Assembly (NCBI RefSeq): GCF_000195755.1
Contig: NC_002937.3
Span: forward strand, 1,500,001-1,532,000
DNA length: 32,000 bases
Source of the DNA: Nitratidesulfovibrio vulgaris str. Hildenborough
GTDB taxonomy: Bacteria; Desulfobacterota; Desulfovibrionia; Desulfovibrionales; Desulfovibrionaceae
Direction of reading: 5' to 3'
Shown here: in pieces, positions 15,410 through 22,386 of the stretch
Numbering within the stretch: position 1 is the stretch's first letter
Layout: each line of letters opens with the position of its first letter
Position numbers and translations under genes: made by a program
Notes under the pieces: model-generated
Told to the model about the DNA's origin: nothing
Seen by the model: the letters and a program-made list of their open reading frames with translations, nothing else
Database searches by the model: none

Positions 15410-16474
15410 TCAAAGTCCGGCTGCTTCCTTGATATATTCGAAATCGATGGAGGAACTGACCAGTTGTGCTCCCTGCCGTATCTTGATCACGTCGCGCAGT
15501 TTGTGCCGTGAGAGGATGGCTTCCATCTTCTTGGCGACGGTATACGTATCGTCCCGGACGACCACGATGGGCGTGTTGAGGATTTCGGAGCGCGTGAGGA
15601 TGATGTCGTTGGGGTACAGGTTGCCCGTGAGCACAAGGCAGGGGCAGTTGCCCTCAAGCGCCACCAGTTGCACGTCCGACCTGTCGCCCCCGACGATGAC
15701 CGCCGAGTTCTTGTTCTTGCGGAAGTGCGTCATGAAGTTCTCGACCTGCATGGTTCCGATGAGGAAGTTCTCGACGACCTTGTCGGACTTGTTCTGCGCG
15801 GAGATGACCTTGCCGCCGAGTCGTTCGGCGAGGTCTCCCACCTTGATGGCTCCCATCAGCGGGTCTTTGGGGATGACGCCGACCACGCGCACACCGTTGC
15901 GTTCGAGGAACGGCTTGATGAGTCCGTCGACCTCGTTCATGAAGTTGCCGGGGATGTCGTTGAGAATGACACCTGCGAGGTTGTCCCCCAGCGTGTCCTT
16001 GAGAACGACGAGGTAGTCGTAGTTGAGTTCCTTGTGCAGGCGGTCGATGATGATGGCTTTGATGCCAAGTTCCTTCACCACCCGGATGCCGTCCACATTG
16101 CAGTAGCGGCCCGAGTACATGCTTCCCGAACCTGCGACGACCATCACGTCATGGCGCGAGGAAAGGTCGCGGTAGGCGGAGGTGATGGCTGGCATGTAGT
16201 CTTCGCACTGCCCGCTGAACGCCTTGACCTTGAAGTCCTGCGTGACGAGTACGGGTGTCACCTTTTCGGCGGGTTCGTCGAGTCCCAGCACGTCCTGCAC
16301 GAAGAAGGCGTCTTCATCGCCCAGCACACCGCCGCGCTCATGCGGCATGGCCCCTACGGGCTTCATGTAGCCGACGTCGTAGCCGTCCTTCTGGAGGCGG
16401 AGGCCAAGGCCCATGATGACCATGTTCTTGCCCGAGTAGCCAGAGGTCGACCCTACATAGATGCCAGCGGCCAT
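15410..16474 (-). CDS. DRTGG-domain protein resembling the N-terminal regulatory part of phosphotransacetylase (P-loop-like plus DRTGG), no PTA catalytic domain
   Basis: 354 aa. N-terminus IYVGSTSGYSGKNMVIMGLGLRL (BioD/CobQ-like nucleotide loop). C-terminal half has AVIVGGDRSDVQLVALEG (DRTGG-type motif). GAGGAG RBS upstream of the ATG at 16474. Confidence 0.72.
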   Translation of the reverse strand: MAAGIYVGSTSGYSGKNMVIMGLGLRLQKDGYDVGYMKPVGAMPHERGGVLGDEDAFFVQDVLGLDEPAEKVTPVLVTQDFKVKAFSGQCEDYMPAITSAYRDLSSRHDVMVVAGSGSMYSGRYCNVDGIRVVKELGIKAIIIDRLHKELNYDYLVVLKDTLGDNLAGVILNDIPGNFMNEVDGLIKPFLERNGVRVVGVIPKDPLMGAIKVGDLAERLGGKVISAQNKSDKVVENFLIGTMQVENFMTHFRKNKNSAVIVGGDRSDVQLVALEGNCPCLVLTGNLYPNDIILTRSEILNTPIVVVRDDTYTVAKKMEAILSRHKLRDVIKIRQGAQLVSSSIDFEYIKEAAGL

Positions 16475-17027
16475 GGCGTTCTCCTCGTTGTGTGCTGTGA
16501 CGTGCGGCGAGGTTCGTCGTGCGTCATGTGGCGGTCAGGGGCGCACCCTTTCTCATAGTGCTGCCAAGCCCTGCGATTTTGACCTGAAATACCACCTGAA
16601 AGCAAGGGAGAACTGATGGTTGTCCATGATGTCGTCATACGGCATCGGCAGAAGGTTTGCCACGTATCTTCTGGCCGTATGTGGGGCATTGCCGCAACAG
16701 GTCATGGACGACCGTCACTGGCAGTGGTTTGCTGCCCGCAGCGCGCACAGGCAGGGGAAGCAGGCGGCGATCCCGGTTGTGATACATGGAGCGGGTGGGG
16801 CGCGGACATGCGGCAGCCAGCCATGCAGGGGACGTGCGGCAGCGTAAGGCTATGCGACTTGCGGAGAAGTTTCGCCAGAAAATTGACAAGACAAGCGTCC
16901 GGACATGTTCTTCCGGCTTGCGGGGCGGCGGGCACCCCGGTATCCTTTATGGATGTGGGCAAGAACTGCCGCATGGGTCTTTGGCCTTCCAGAGACCCTC
17001 AGGGAAATCTGTTACCGGAGAGACAAT

Positions 17028-17714
17028 GTGAAACCTGTCGACGAGCTTCAGAAAACCATAGGCCACCGATTCGGTGACATGGAACTTCTACTGACTGCCA
17101 TGACGCACAGCTCATGGGCCAATGAACAGGCCGTTCCCGTGGAACACAATGAACGTCTGGAGTTTCTCGGTGACGCGGTGCTGGAGCTCTGCGTTTCCGA
17201 GGAGCTGTTCAGGCGTTTTCCGTCAGCCCGCGAAGGCGACCTGACGAGAATGCGGTCGCGGCTCGTCAGCAAGCCTTCTCTGGAAGGCGTAGCCCGCGAG
17301 CTTCGTCTTGATATGTCACTGCGTCTGGGGAAAGGGGAAGAGAGTCAGGGGGGGCGCGAGCGTGGTTCTCTGCTCAGCGATGCACTCGAGGCCATGCTTG
17401 GCGCGGTGTTTCTGGATGCCGGCTACATCGCCGCGAAAGGTGTGGTCATGCGGATTCTCGGCCCGCACTTTCCGGAAGCCCTCGTGCCCGTTCGCACCAA
17501 GGACTACAAGAGCCAGTTGCAGGAACTGACGCAGAAGCTCTTTCGCGACCGCCCGGTGTACACGCTTCTTGGAAGCAGTGGGCCTGAACATGACAAGCAG
17601 TTCGATGTGCGGGTCGTGTTGCCCGACGGAACGGTCTTCGAGGCCACAGGTCCGAGCATGAAGCGTGCGGAACAGATGGCCGCGGCACGAGCTGTTGCCA
17701 CCCTCGACAAGTGA
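17028..17714 (+). CDS. rnc: Ribonuclease III
   Basis: ORF 16905..17714 trimmed to GTG 17028 (GGAG RBS, 7-nt spacer), giving a 228-aa protein. HSSWANE...[17 protein letters not shown] is the RNase III signature. C-terminal dsRBD ([12 protein letters not shown]...[10 protein letters not shown]...[11 protein letters not shown]). Confidence 0.92.
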   Translation: MKPVDELQKTIGHRFGDMELLLTAMTHSSWANEQAVPVEHNERLEFLGDAVLELCVSEELFRRFPSAREGDLTRMRSRLVSKPSLEGVARELRLDMSLRLGKGEESQGGRERGSLLSDALEAMLGAVFLDAGYIAAKGVVMRILGPHFPEALVPVRTKDYKSQLQELTQKLFRDRPVYTLLGSSGPEHDKQFDVRVVLPDGTVFEATGPSMKRAEQMAAARAVATLDK

Positions 17715-17746
17715 CAGGTCGAGAGCGCTGACGTGGTGTCATCGGC

Positions 17747-17771
17747 ACCGGGGAGGCCGCTCCTCCCCGGT
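17747..17771. terminator. GC-rich hairpin between convergent rnc and flagellin genes (candidate terminator)
   Basis: CCGGGGAGG (17748-17756) / CCTCCCCGG (17762-17770), 5-nt loop. T tracts are weak on both sides. Confidence 0.4.
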
Positions 17772-17814
17772 ACGGATGTCTTTGGTCTGCCTTCACCACA
17801 AGAAGGTTCCCGCC

Positions 17815-18711
17815 TTAGCCGCCGATGAGCTTCATCGCCATCTGCGGCAGCGAGTTGGCCTGCGAGAGCATGGCCACGGCCGACTGGGTGAGAATCTGGT
17901 TTCGGACGAACTCCGTCATTTCCGTGGCGACGTCCACGTCGGAGATGCGTGATTCCGAGGACTGGAGGTTTTCGGCCTGGATGGAGAGGTTGCTGATGGT
18001 GTTCTCCAGACGGTTCTGGAGGGCACCGAGCGAGGCACGAATCTTGTCCTTGGAGATGATCGCCTGGTCGATGGCGGCAAGGGCCGCCTGCGCCGCAGAC
18101 TGCGTGGAGATGGTGTAGCCCCCGGCTTCGGTCCCCAGTGCAGATGCATTGCCGAGACCGAGCATGGAGGCCGTGGCTCCGCCGATTTCGATGTAGTAGT
18201 AGTCTTCGGCAGAGTCGTTGCCGGTGCCGAAGTGGATCTTCAGCGCCCCGCTCTGCTGCAGGACGGAGCCGTTATGCACCCCCGACAGCGATCCGTTGAG
18301 CAGGTGGATGCCGTTGAAGTCCGTCGCGTTGGCGATTCGGGTGATTTCCGAGGCCATCGCCTGGTATTCCGATTCGATCATCAGGCGCTGGTCGGAGTTG
18401 TAGGTACCGGTTGCCGCCTGTTCCGCAAGTTCTTTCATGCGGATGAGCTTTTCGTCGATGATCTGGAGCGCACCGTCGGCGGTCTGGATCATCGAGATGG
18501 CGTCGTTGGCGTTACGGATGCCCTGGCGCAGGGTGGAAATGTCAGCCCGCATGAGTTCGCGGATTGCGAGACCGGCAGCGTCGTCGGCGGCGGTGTTGAC
18601 GCGCAGGCCCGAGGACAGGCGGCGGGTCGAGGTGGCGAGCCTGCCGTAGCTGTCTGTCAGGTTGCGGGCGGCGTTCATCGCCATCATGTTATGATTGATG
18701 ACCAAAGACAT
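17815..18711 (-). CDS. fliC: Flagellin (short, 298 aa)
   Basis: ORF 17815..18756 trimmed to ATG 18711 (AAGGAGG RBS). MSLVINHNMMAMNAARNL...LSSGLRVNTAADDAAGLAI at the N-terminus and ...TQSAVAMLSQANSLPQMAMKLIGG at the C-terminus. Confidence 0.95.
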   Translation of the reverse strand: MSLVINHNMMAMNAARNLTDSYGRLATSTRRLSSGLRVNTAADDAAGLAIRELMRADISTLRQGIRNANDAISMIQTADGALQIIDEKLIRMKELAEQAATGTYNSDQRLMIESEYQAMASEITRIANATDFNGIHLLNGSLSGVHNGSVLQQSGALKIHFGTGNDSAEDYYYIEIGGATASMLGLGNASALGTEAGGYTISTQSAAQAALAAIDQAIISKDKIRASLGALQNRLENTISNLSIQAENLQSSESRISDVDVATEMTEFVRNQILTQSAVAMLSQANSLPQMAMKLIGG

Positions 18712-18730
18712 GGGGTAAACCTCCTTGTGG

Positions 18731-18753
18731 TTTGCTGAACACTCATCAGCAAA
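18731..18753 (-). promoter_or_regulatory. Perfect 8-bp stem-loop in the flagellin 5' leader, immediately upstream of the RBS
   Basis: TTTGCTGA (18731-18738) / TCAGCAAA (18746-18753), 7-nt loop. The SD AAGGAGG lies a few nt downstream on the minus strand. Confidence 0.5.
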
Positions 18754-18779
18754 CACGATGCCAATCGCAAATAATCAAT

Positions 18780-18806
18780 TGAAATCGTAGTGTTCGATAA
18801 AGTCTA
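18780..18806 (-). promoter_or_regulatory. Sigma-28 (FliA)-like promoter candidate for flagellin
   Basis: Minus strand reads TAGA-N15-CGATTTCA, compared with the consensus TAAA-N15-GCCGATAA. The CGAT core and spacing are conserved, the rest is weak. Confidence 0.3.
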
Positions 18807-18982
18807 GACACGGACGGGGCACCACTTGCCCGTGCTCTGTCACTTTTTTCCGCTGCTTGCGTCGGCCAGCCGACATGCGGCGAAGCCATGGGGAAATTTT
18901 TGCACACCCTAATCCCGTGGCGTTTTCCGCCGATGAGAAGAATGAATCCCAGTATGTGGGGGCACCCCCGAAGGAGGTCGTC

Positions 18983-19357
18983 ATGCAGGAAGAATCGCCC
19001 GTTGCCGTACAGGGCACCTTCGTGACCAATCCGGTGCGCCCCCCGGCTGAAGTCGCCACCTCCGACAGCGCCATCTCCTTGCGACAGCCGCGACCCCAGA
19101 CCGGTGAAGAGCGCGCCGAAACGAAGGACACCTCGCCCGAGAAGCTTCAGGAGCGTCTTGAGGCGTTGCAGAAGCATCTTGAAGAGCAGGGAGCACCGTT
19201 GCACTTCAGCATTGTCCATGATGCCGGAAGAGTGCTCGTGGAGGTGACACAGCGTGACAGCCAAAAGGTTCTCATGCGTATTCCACCCGAAGGGGTTCTT
19301 CAGGTGGGTGCCGATGGTCTGCCATCGCTCGGCAAGCTTCTGGACAGGCGCTACTGA
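18983..19357 (+). CDS. flaG: FlaG-family flagellar protein
   Basis: ORF 18857..19357 trimmed to ATG 18983 (AAGGAGG, 5-nt spacer). The upstream part has poor codon bias. C-terminus LHFSIVHDAGRVLVEVTQRDSQKVLMRIPPEGVLQV matches the FlaG family pattern. 124 aa. Confidence 0.75.
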   Translation: MQEESPVAVQGTFVTNPVRPPAEVATSDSAISLRQPRPQTGEERAETKDTSPEKLQERLEALQKHLEEQGAPLHFSIVHDAGRVLVEVTQRDSQKVLMRIPPEGVLQVGADGLPSLGKLLDRRY

Positions 19358-19560
19358 GCCCGCCGCATCCTTTTTTCATCGTGCGGCTGTAGTCGCACCA
19401 TGCTTGCGGTGTTCCCTCGTAGACGCGTGGCAGACGCCGTTCGCGTGAACCTGTCGCAGCCCTGGGCGTTCGCGCGCCTTGTGGCAGACGTTGCAAGGAC
19501 GCACCGGTGAAGTTGCCGGACCTGGCAGGTGAAGACGAAAGGACGTCATCGCGGTCGTGC

Positions 19561-19576
19561 TGGCGCGAGGTTTGCC
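19561..19576 (+). promoter_or_regulatory. Sigma-54 -24/-12-like element with no downstream gene
   Basis: TGGCGC-gaggt-TTGCC, compared with the consensus TGGCAC-N5-TTGCW. The GG and GC dinucleotides are present with correct spacing. Confidence 0.4.
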
Positions 19577-19586
19577 ATCGCATTCC

Positions 19587-19637
19587 ATGATTCTCTGTGC
19601 TGATGCTCGCCGCTGTCCGTGCCGGACGGCGGCTTTT
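19587..19637 (+). ncRNA. Hypothetical ~50-nt sigma-54-dependent small RNA (promoter-to-terminator interval)
   Basis: The interval is bounded by the predicted TSS, about 12 nt after the -12 element, and by the terminator at 19609-19637. There is no direct evidence of transcription. Confidence 0.25.
19609..19637 (+). terminator. Strong plus-strand rho-independent terminator inside the flaG/flgE spacer
   Basis: GCCGCTGTCCG (19609-19619) / CGGACGGCGGC (19623-19633): 11 bp with one G.U pair and a 3-nt loop, then TTTT (19634-19637). There is no U tract in the opposite orientation. Confidence 0.7.
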
Positions 19638-19747
19638 CCATCGTTCCGTCTGTATGCCGAGGTCTCACGGTGATGCGCATGGTGCCCTTTCGGGGGCCGT
19701 GCCCATCATTGCGGTTTACCGACGTCCCTGTCGTGTCCTTTGCAACG

Positions 19748-19784
19748 AAAAGCCGCCGTGTCCCTGAAGACCGGCGGCTTTGTT
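19748..19784. terminator. A/T-flanked hairpin, probable flgE terminator (bidirectional geometry)
   Basis: AAAGCCGCCG (19749-19758) / CGGCGGCTTT (19772-19781), 13-nt loop. On the minus strand it is followed by TTTTCGTT. It lies 44 nt after the flgE stop. Confidence 0.5.
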
Positions 19785-19824
19785 CGGTGCGTCCTGCCAT
19801 ATGCGGGGCGCAAGGTCTGCCTGC

Positions 19825-21519
19825 TTAACGCTTCATGTTCACGACCACTTCAAGCATGGTGTCAGTGGTTGTGATGACCTTGCTGTTGGACTGGAAACCT
19901 CGTTGCGTGGTGATCATCTCCACGAATTCGCGGGCGAGGTCGACGTTGGACTGCTCGAGTGAATTCGAGCTGATGGCCCCGAGGCCGTTGCTGTTGGCAG
20001 GGCCGGGCAGAGGGTCGCCGGAATCTCGTGTGCCGCTGAAGAGGTTGCCGCCCTCTCGGCGCAGGTTCTGCTTGCTGGTGAAGTCCACGAGGGTGACCTG
20101 ATAGAGGTCGAGAGTCACACCGTTGGAGTACTTCCCCTGCATGATGCCGTCACGGTCGACAGTGATGTTCTGCAAGAAGCCGAACGTGTAGCCGTCCTGC
20201 TTCTGGAACTGTGTCGATGACGAACCGGCGTAGCTTGTCGTTGCACTGGGCTGGCGCTGCGAAGAGGTCAGACCCGGCAGCAGCGAGGCGTCCGTACCGA
20301 TGGCGGCGGCGTTGGGGGTGGATGTCCACGGCGTGGTCGCGTTGGTCGAGCGCAAGCCGAGGTCGAGTTCCATGAGGAAGTTCTGTGCCGTGGGAGAACC
20401 TACCACGCTCGAGTCGGTAAGGCCCGAGAAGTTCGCCACCATCATGGGAAGTCCGTTGGAGGACATCTGCGTAGGCTGCCAGTTGACGAGGTCGGCAGGC
20501 GTGGTGACAGGCGGGCCGGGGTTGGGCGTAGGTTCGTTCCACGGGGGGGTGGTGTCCGTGTACTGACCGAAGGGGGTGAAGGCGGTCTGGTCGACAAGCT
20601 GCCCCGTTGTGTCGAACGTGAGTGTACCCGTCATTAGCAGGCCCGCCGCCCGAGTGGTGTTCATGGCCGTACCGGCGATGACGCGCTTGTCCTCGGCCGG
20701 GTCCATGGTGACGATGTATTCCCATTGTTTGCGACCATTGGGTTCGTTGGTCACGCTATCGGGGTCGACCTGGTCGAAGTAGACGGTGAGGGTGTGGGCG
20801 GTACCGGCTTCGTCATAGACCTTGATGGTGGACTGATAGGCGAACGCCGACTGGGCGAGGGCAGGCTGTGTGCCCGTGAGGGGGTTCTGGCCGTTCCATG
20901 TCTCGAAGAGCGAGAAATACGGGTTCGTGGTGCTGCTGCTCTTGTCGTTACCCGGATTGGAGTCGAGGTTGACATTGAGCGTGATGTTCTGGGTGTGCTG
21001 CGGTTCGGCGGTGAAACCGTCGAGCTTGATGTCCACAGGCACACCGGAACCCTTGATTTTGGACGTGGTGCTGGTGGCGGTGACAGCGGACGAGGTGAGC
21101 GAATTCTGGCTGCGCTCGATGGCCCACCCCTGCAGGACGTAGCCATGCGGGTCTACGAGGTAGCCGTCGGCATCGAACCTGAAGTTGCCCGCGCGGGTGT
21201 AGTAGGTGTCTTCCGTTCCCTTGGGCTTCACCGAGAAGAAGCCCCGTCCCTGAATGGCAAGGTCGGTGGATTCGTTGGTGGTCTGGAAGGCCCCCTGGCT
21301 GTAGTCCCCGAAGATGGCACCGATGCTCACGCCGCGACCGACCTGCGTCACGCCCGCTGCGCTGTAGGTGTCCTGATTGAGGAAGTCTTCGAAGTCCATA
21401 CGGCTGCCTTTGAAGCCGACGGTGTTGACGTTGGCGATGTTGTTGCCGAGGACGTTCATCCTCTCGCCGTGGGCGAGCAGTCCTGAAACGCCCGTCCACA
21501 TGCTTGCGGTAAGGCTCAT
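19825..21519 (-). CDS. flgE: Flagellar hook protein FlgE
   Basis: 564 aa. N-terminus MSLTASMWTGVSGLLAHGERMNVLGNNIANVNTVGFK. C-terminus LEQSNVDLAREFVEMITTQRGFQSNSKVITTTDTMLEVVVNMKR. AAGGAGG RBS. Confidence 0.95.
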   Translation of the reverse strand: MSLTASMWTGVSGLLAHGERMNVLGNNIANVNTVGFKGSRMDFEDFLNQDTYSAAGVTQVGRGVSIGAIFGDYSQGAFQTTNESTDLAIQGRGFFSVKPKGTEDTYYTRAGNFRFDADGYLVDPHGYVLQGWAIERSQNSLTSSAVTATSTTSKIKGSGVPVDIKLDGFTAEPQHTQNITLNVNLDSNPGNDKSSSTTNPYFSLFETWNGQNPLTGTQPALAQSAFAYQSTIKVYDEAGTAHTLTVYFDQVDPDSVTNEPNGRKQWEYIVTMDPAEDKRVIAGTAMNTTRAAGLLMTGTLTFDTTGQLVDQTAFTPFGQYTDTTPPWNEPTPNPGPPVTTPADLVNWQPTQMSSNGLPMMVANFSGLTDSSVVGSPTAQNFLMELDLGLRSTNATTPWTSTPNAAAIGTDASLLPGLTSSQRQPSATTSYAGSSSTQFQKQDGYTFGFLQNITVDRDGIMQGKYSNGVTLDLYQVTLVDFTSKQNLRREGGNLFSGTRDSGDPLPGPANSNGLGAISSNSLEQSNVDLAREFVEMITTQRGFQSNSKVITTTDTMLEVVVNMKR

Positions 21520-21576
21520 GTCTTACCTCCTTCGAGGGGTTCGCCCGCATGGGCGTTTTCTTTGATATCGATCTGC

Positions 21577-22374
21577 CTATGTTCCGCTGCCGGAATCCGA
21601 GCCGCTGCCGGAGTCGCTTCCGGAGCCAGAGTCCGAACCGGAACCGGAATCCGAGCCGCCTCCGGAGCCAGAGTCCGAACCGGACCCGCTCCCTGTCGAG
21701 GGGGCGACCACCACCGAGACGTTCATGAACTGGACGGAGCGTCCGTCCTGCATCCGCAGGTACTGGGTTCCGTTGATGGTCTCCACGCCGATGACGTGGC
21801 CGCTGACTTCGGTGCTCACAAGGACGGCCTTGCCCTTGTCGTTTTCCGCAGCCATGGCCACCTTGTAGAGGCCATCGGCCATGGCGTTGCCCTGATAGTC
21901 CTTGCCGTCCCAGACGTACTCGTAGTCTCCGGCCTGCTTCGCACTGATGAATTCCGAGCGCACAAGCTCGTTGCTCGCGTTGAAGATGTTGATGACCCCC
22001 TGCGTGATCGGCTCGTCGATGGAGAAGTAGAGCTTGCTCACTCCGTCCTTGATCTTGCTGATCTGGTCGCCGGAGGCGAGGACATCCTTGCCGATGTAGC
22101 TCACGGCGTTCATCATCTGCTGCTGCTTGAAGGCTTCGTTCATCGAGGTGACGCCAGTGTTGATGCCCATGAGTTGCTCAAGGCTGGTGAACTGGGCCAA
22201 CTGCGCCACGAACTCCTTGTCGTCCATGGGGTTCAGGGGGTCCTGATGCTTGAGCTGCGTCACGAGCAGTTGAAGAAAGGCGTCCTTGCCGAGGTCGGCG
22301 TTGCCGCTCTTCTTCACGGCGGACTGGAATTCGTTCTCCGCCTGACCGAGTATGTTGTTGACGCTGGTACCCAT
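21577..22374 (-). CDS. flgD: Flagellar hook assembly/capping protein FlgD, with an unusual C-terminal (SGSGSD)n tail
   Basis: LGKDAFLQLLVTQLKHQDPLNPMDDKEFVAQLAQFTSLEQL is the FlgD N-terminal motif. The central FlgD beta domain follows. The last 40 aa are STGSGSGSDSGSGGGSDSGSGSDSGSGSDSGSGSDSGSGT. Confidence 0.9.
   Translation of the reverse strand: MGTSVNNILGQAENEFQSAVKKSGNADLGKDAFLQLLVTQLKHQDPLNPMDDKEFVAQLAQFTSLEQLMGINTGVTSMNEAFKQQQMMNAVSYIGKDVLASGDQISKIKDGVSKLYFSIDEPITQGVINIFNASNELVRSEFISAKQAGDYEYVWDGKDYQGNAMADGLYKVAMAAENDKGKAVLVSTEVSGHVIGVETINGTQYLRMQDGRSVQFMNVSVVVAPSTGSGSGSDSGSGGGSDSGSGSDSGSGSDSGSGSDSGSGT
21580..21699 (-). repeat. In-frame tandem repeat DNA encoding the Ser/Gly/Asp tail of FlgD
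   Basis: The 24-mer TCCGGAGCCAGAGTCCGAACCGGA occurs exactly twice (21619-21642, 21661-21684). CCGGAATCCGAGCCGC occurs twice (21590-21605, 21644-21659). The underlying periodicity is 18 nt. Confidence 0.85.
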
Positions 22375-22386
22375 GGTGCCGTTCCT

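Noticed and set aside
14976-16558. 346-aa and 296-aa + strand ORFs (14976..16016, 15668..16558)
   Set aside because: They are antisense to the DRTGG gene. The products are Ser/Arg/Pro-rich or Asp/Val/His-rich shadow frames. The MPAxMPAxMPG start merely reflects the 12-nt DNA repeat.
16905-17027. N-terminal extension of rnc in the track ([18 protein letters not shown]...)
   Set aside because: The sequence is not protein-like. RNase III homologues start about 10 residues before the HSS motif region, and GTG 17028 has a proper RBS.
16616-17077. 153-aa + ORF with an AGGGAG RBS upstream of rnc
   Set aside because: Third-position GC is only about 50% in a genome where real genes are much higher. 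The composition is Cys/Arg/Trp-rich, and the ORF overlaps the true rnc start in another frame.
18793-18800. TTCGATAA as a sigma-28 -10 box for flaG
   Set aside because: The best -35 match (TAAT) is spaced 17 nt instead of 15, and the implied leader would be about 175 nt. This is too weak to list as a feature.
19482-19495. TGGCAG-acg-TTGCA as a sigma-54 promoter
   Set aside because: Both half-sites are present, but the spacer is 3 nt instead of 5, which is incompatible with -24/-12 geometry. It is treated instead as one of the GTGGCAGACG repeat copies.
19254-19828. ORFs of 60-103 aa on both strands inside the flaG/flgE spacer
   Set aside because: They lack an RBS and overlap each other. The products are Arg/Pro/Cys-rich, and they cross terminator hairpins.
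21580-21699. Repeat block considered as a CRISPR or minisatellite
   Set aside because: The units are 18 nt or less with no unique spacers. The block is in frame within flgD, so it is a coding low-complexity repeat and not a CRISPR array.
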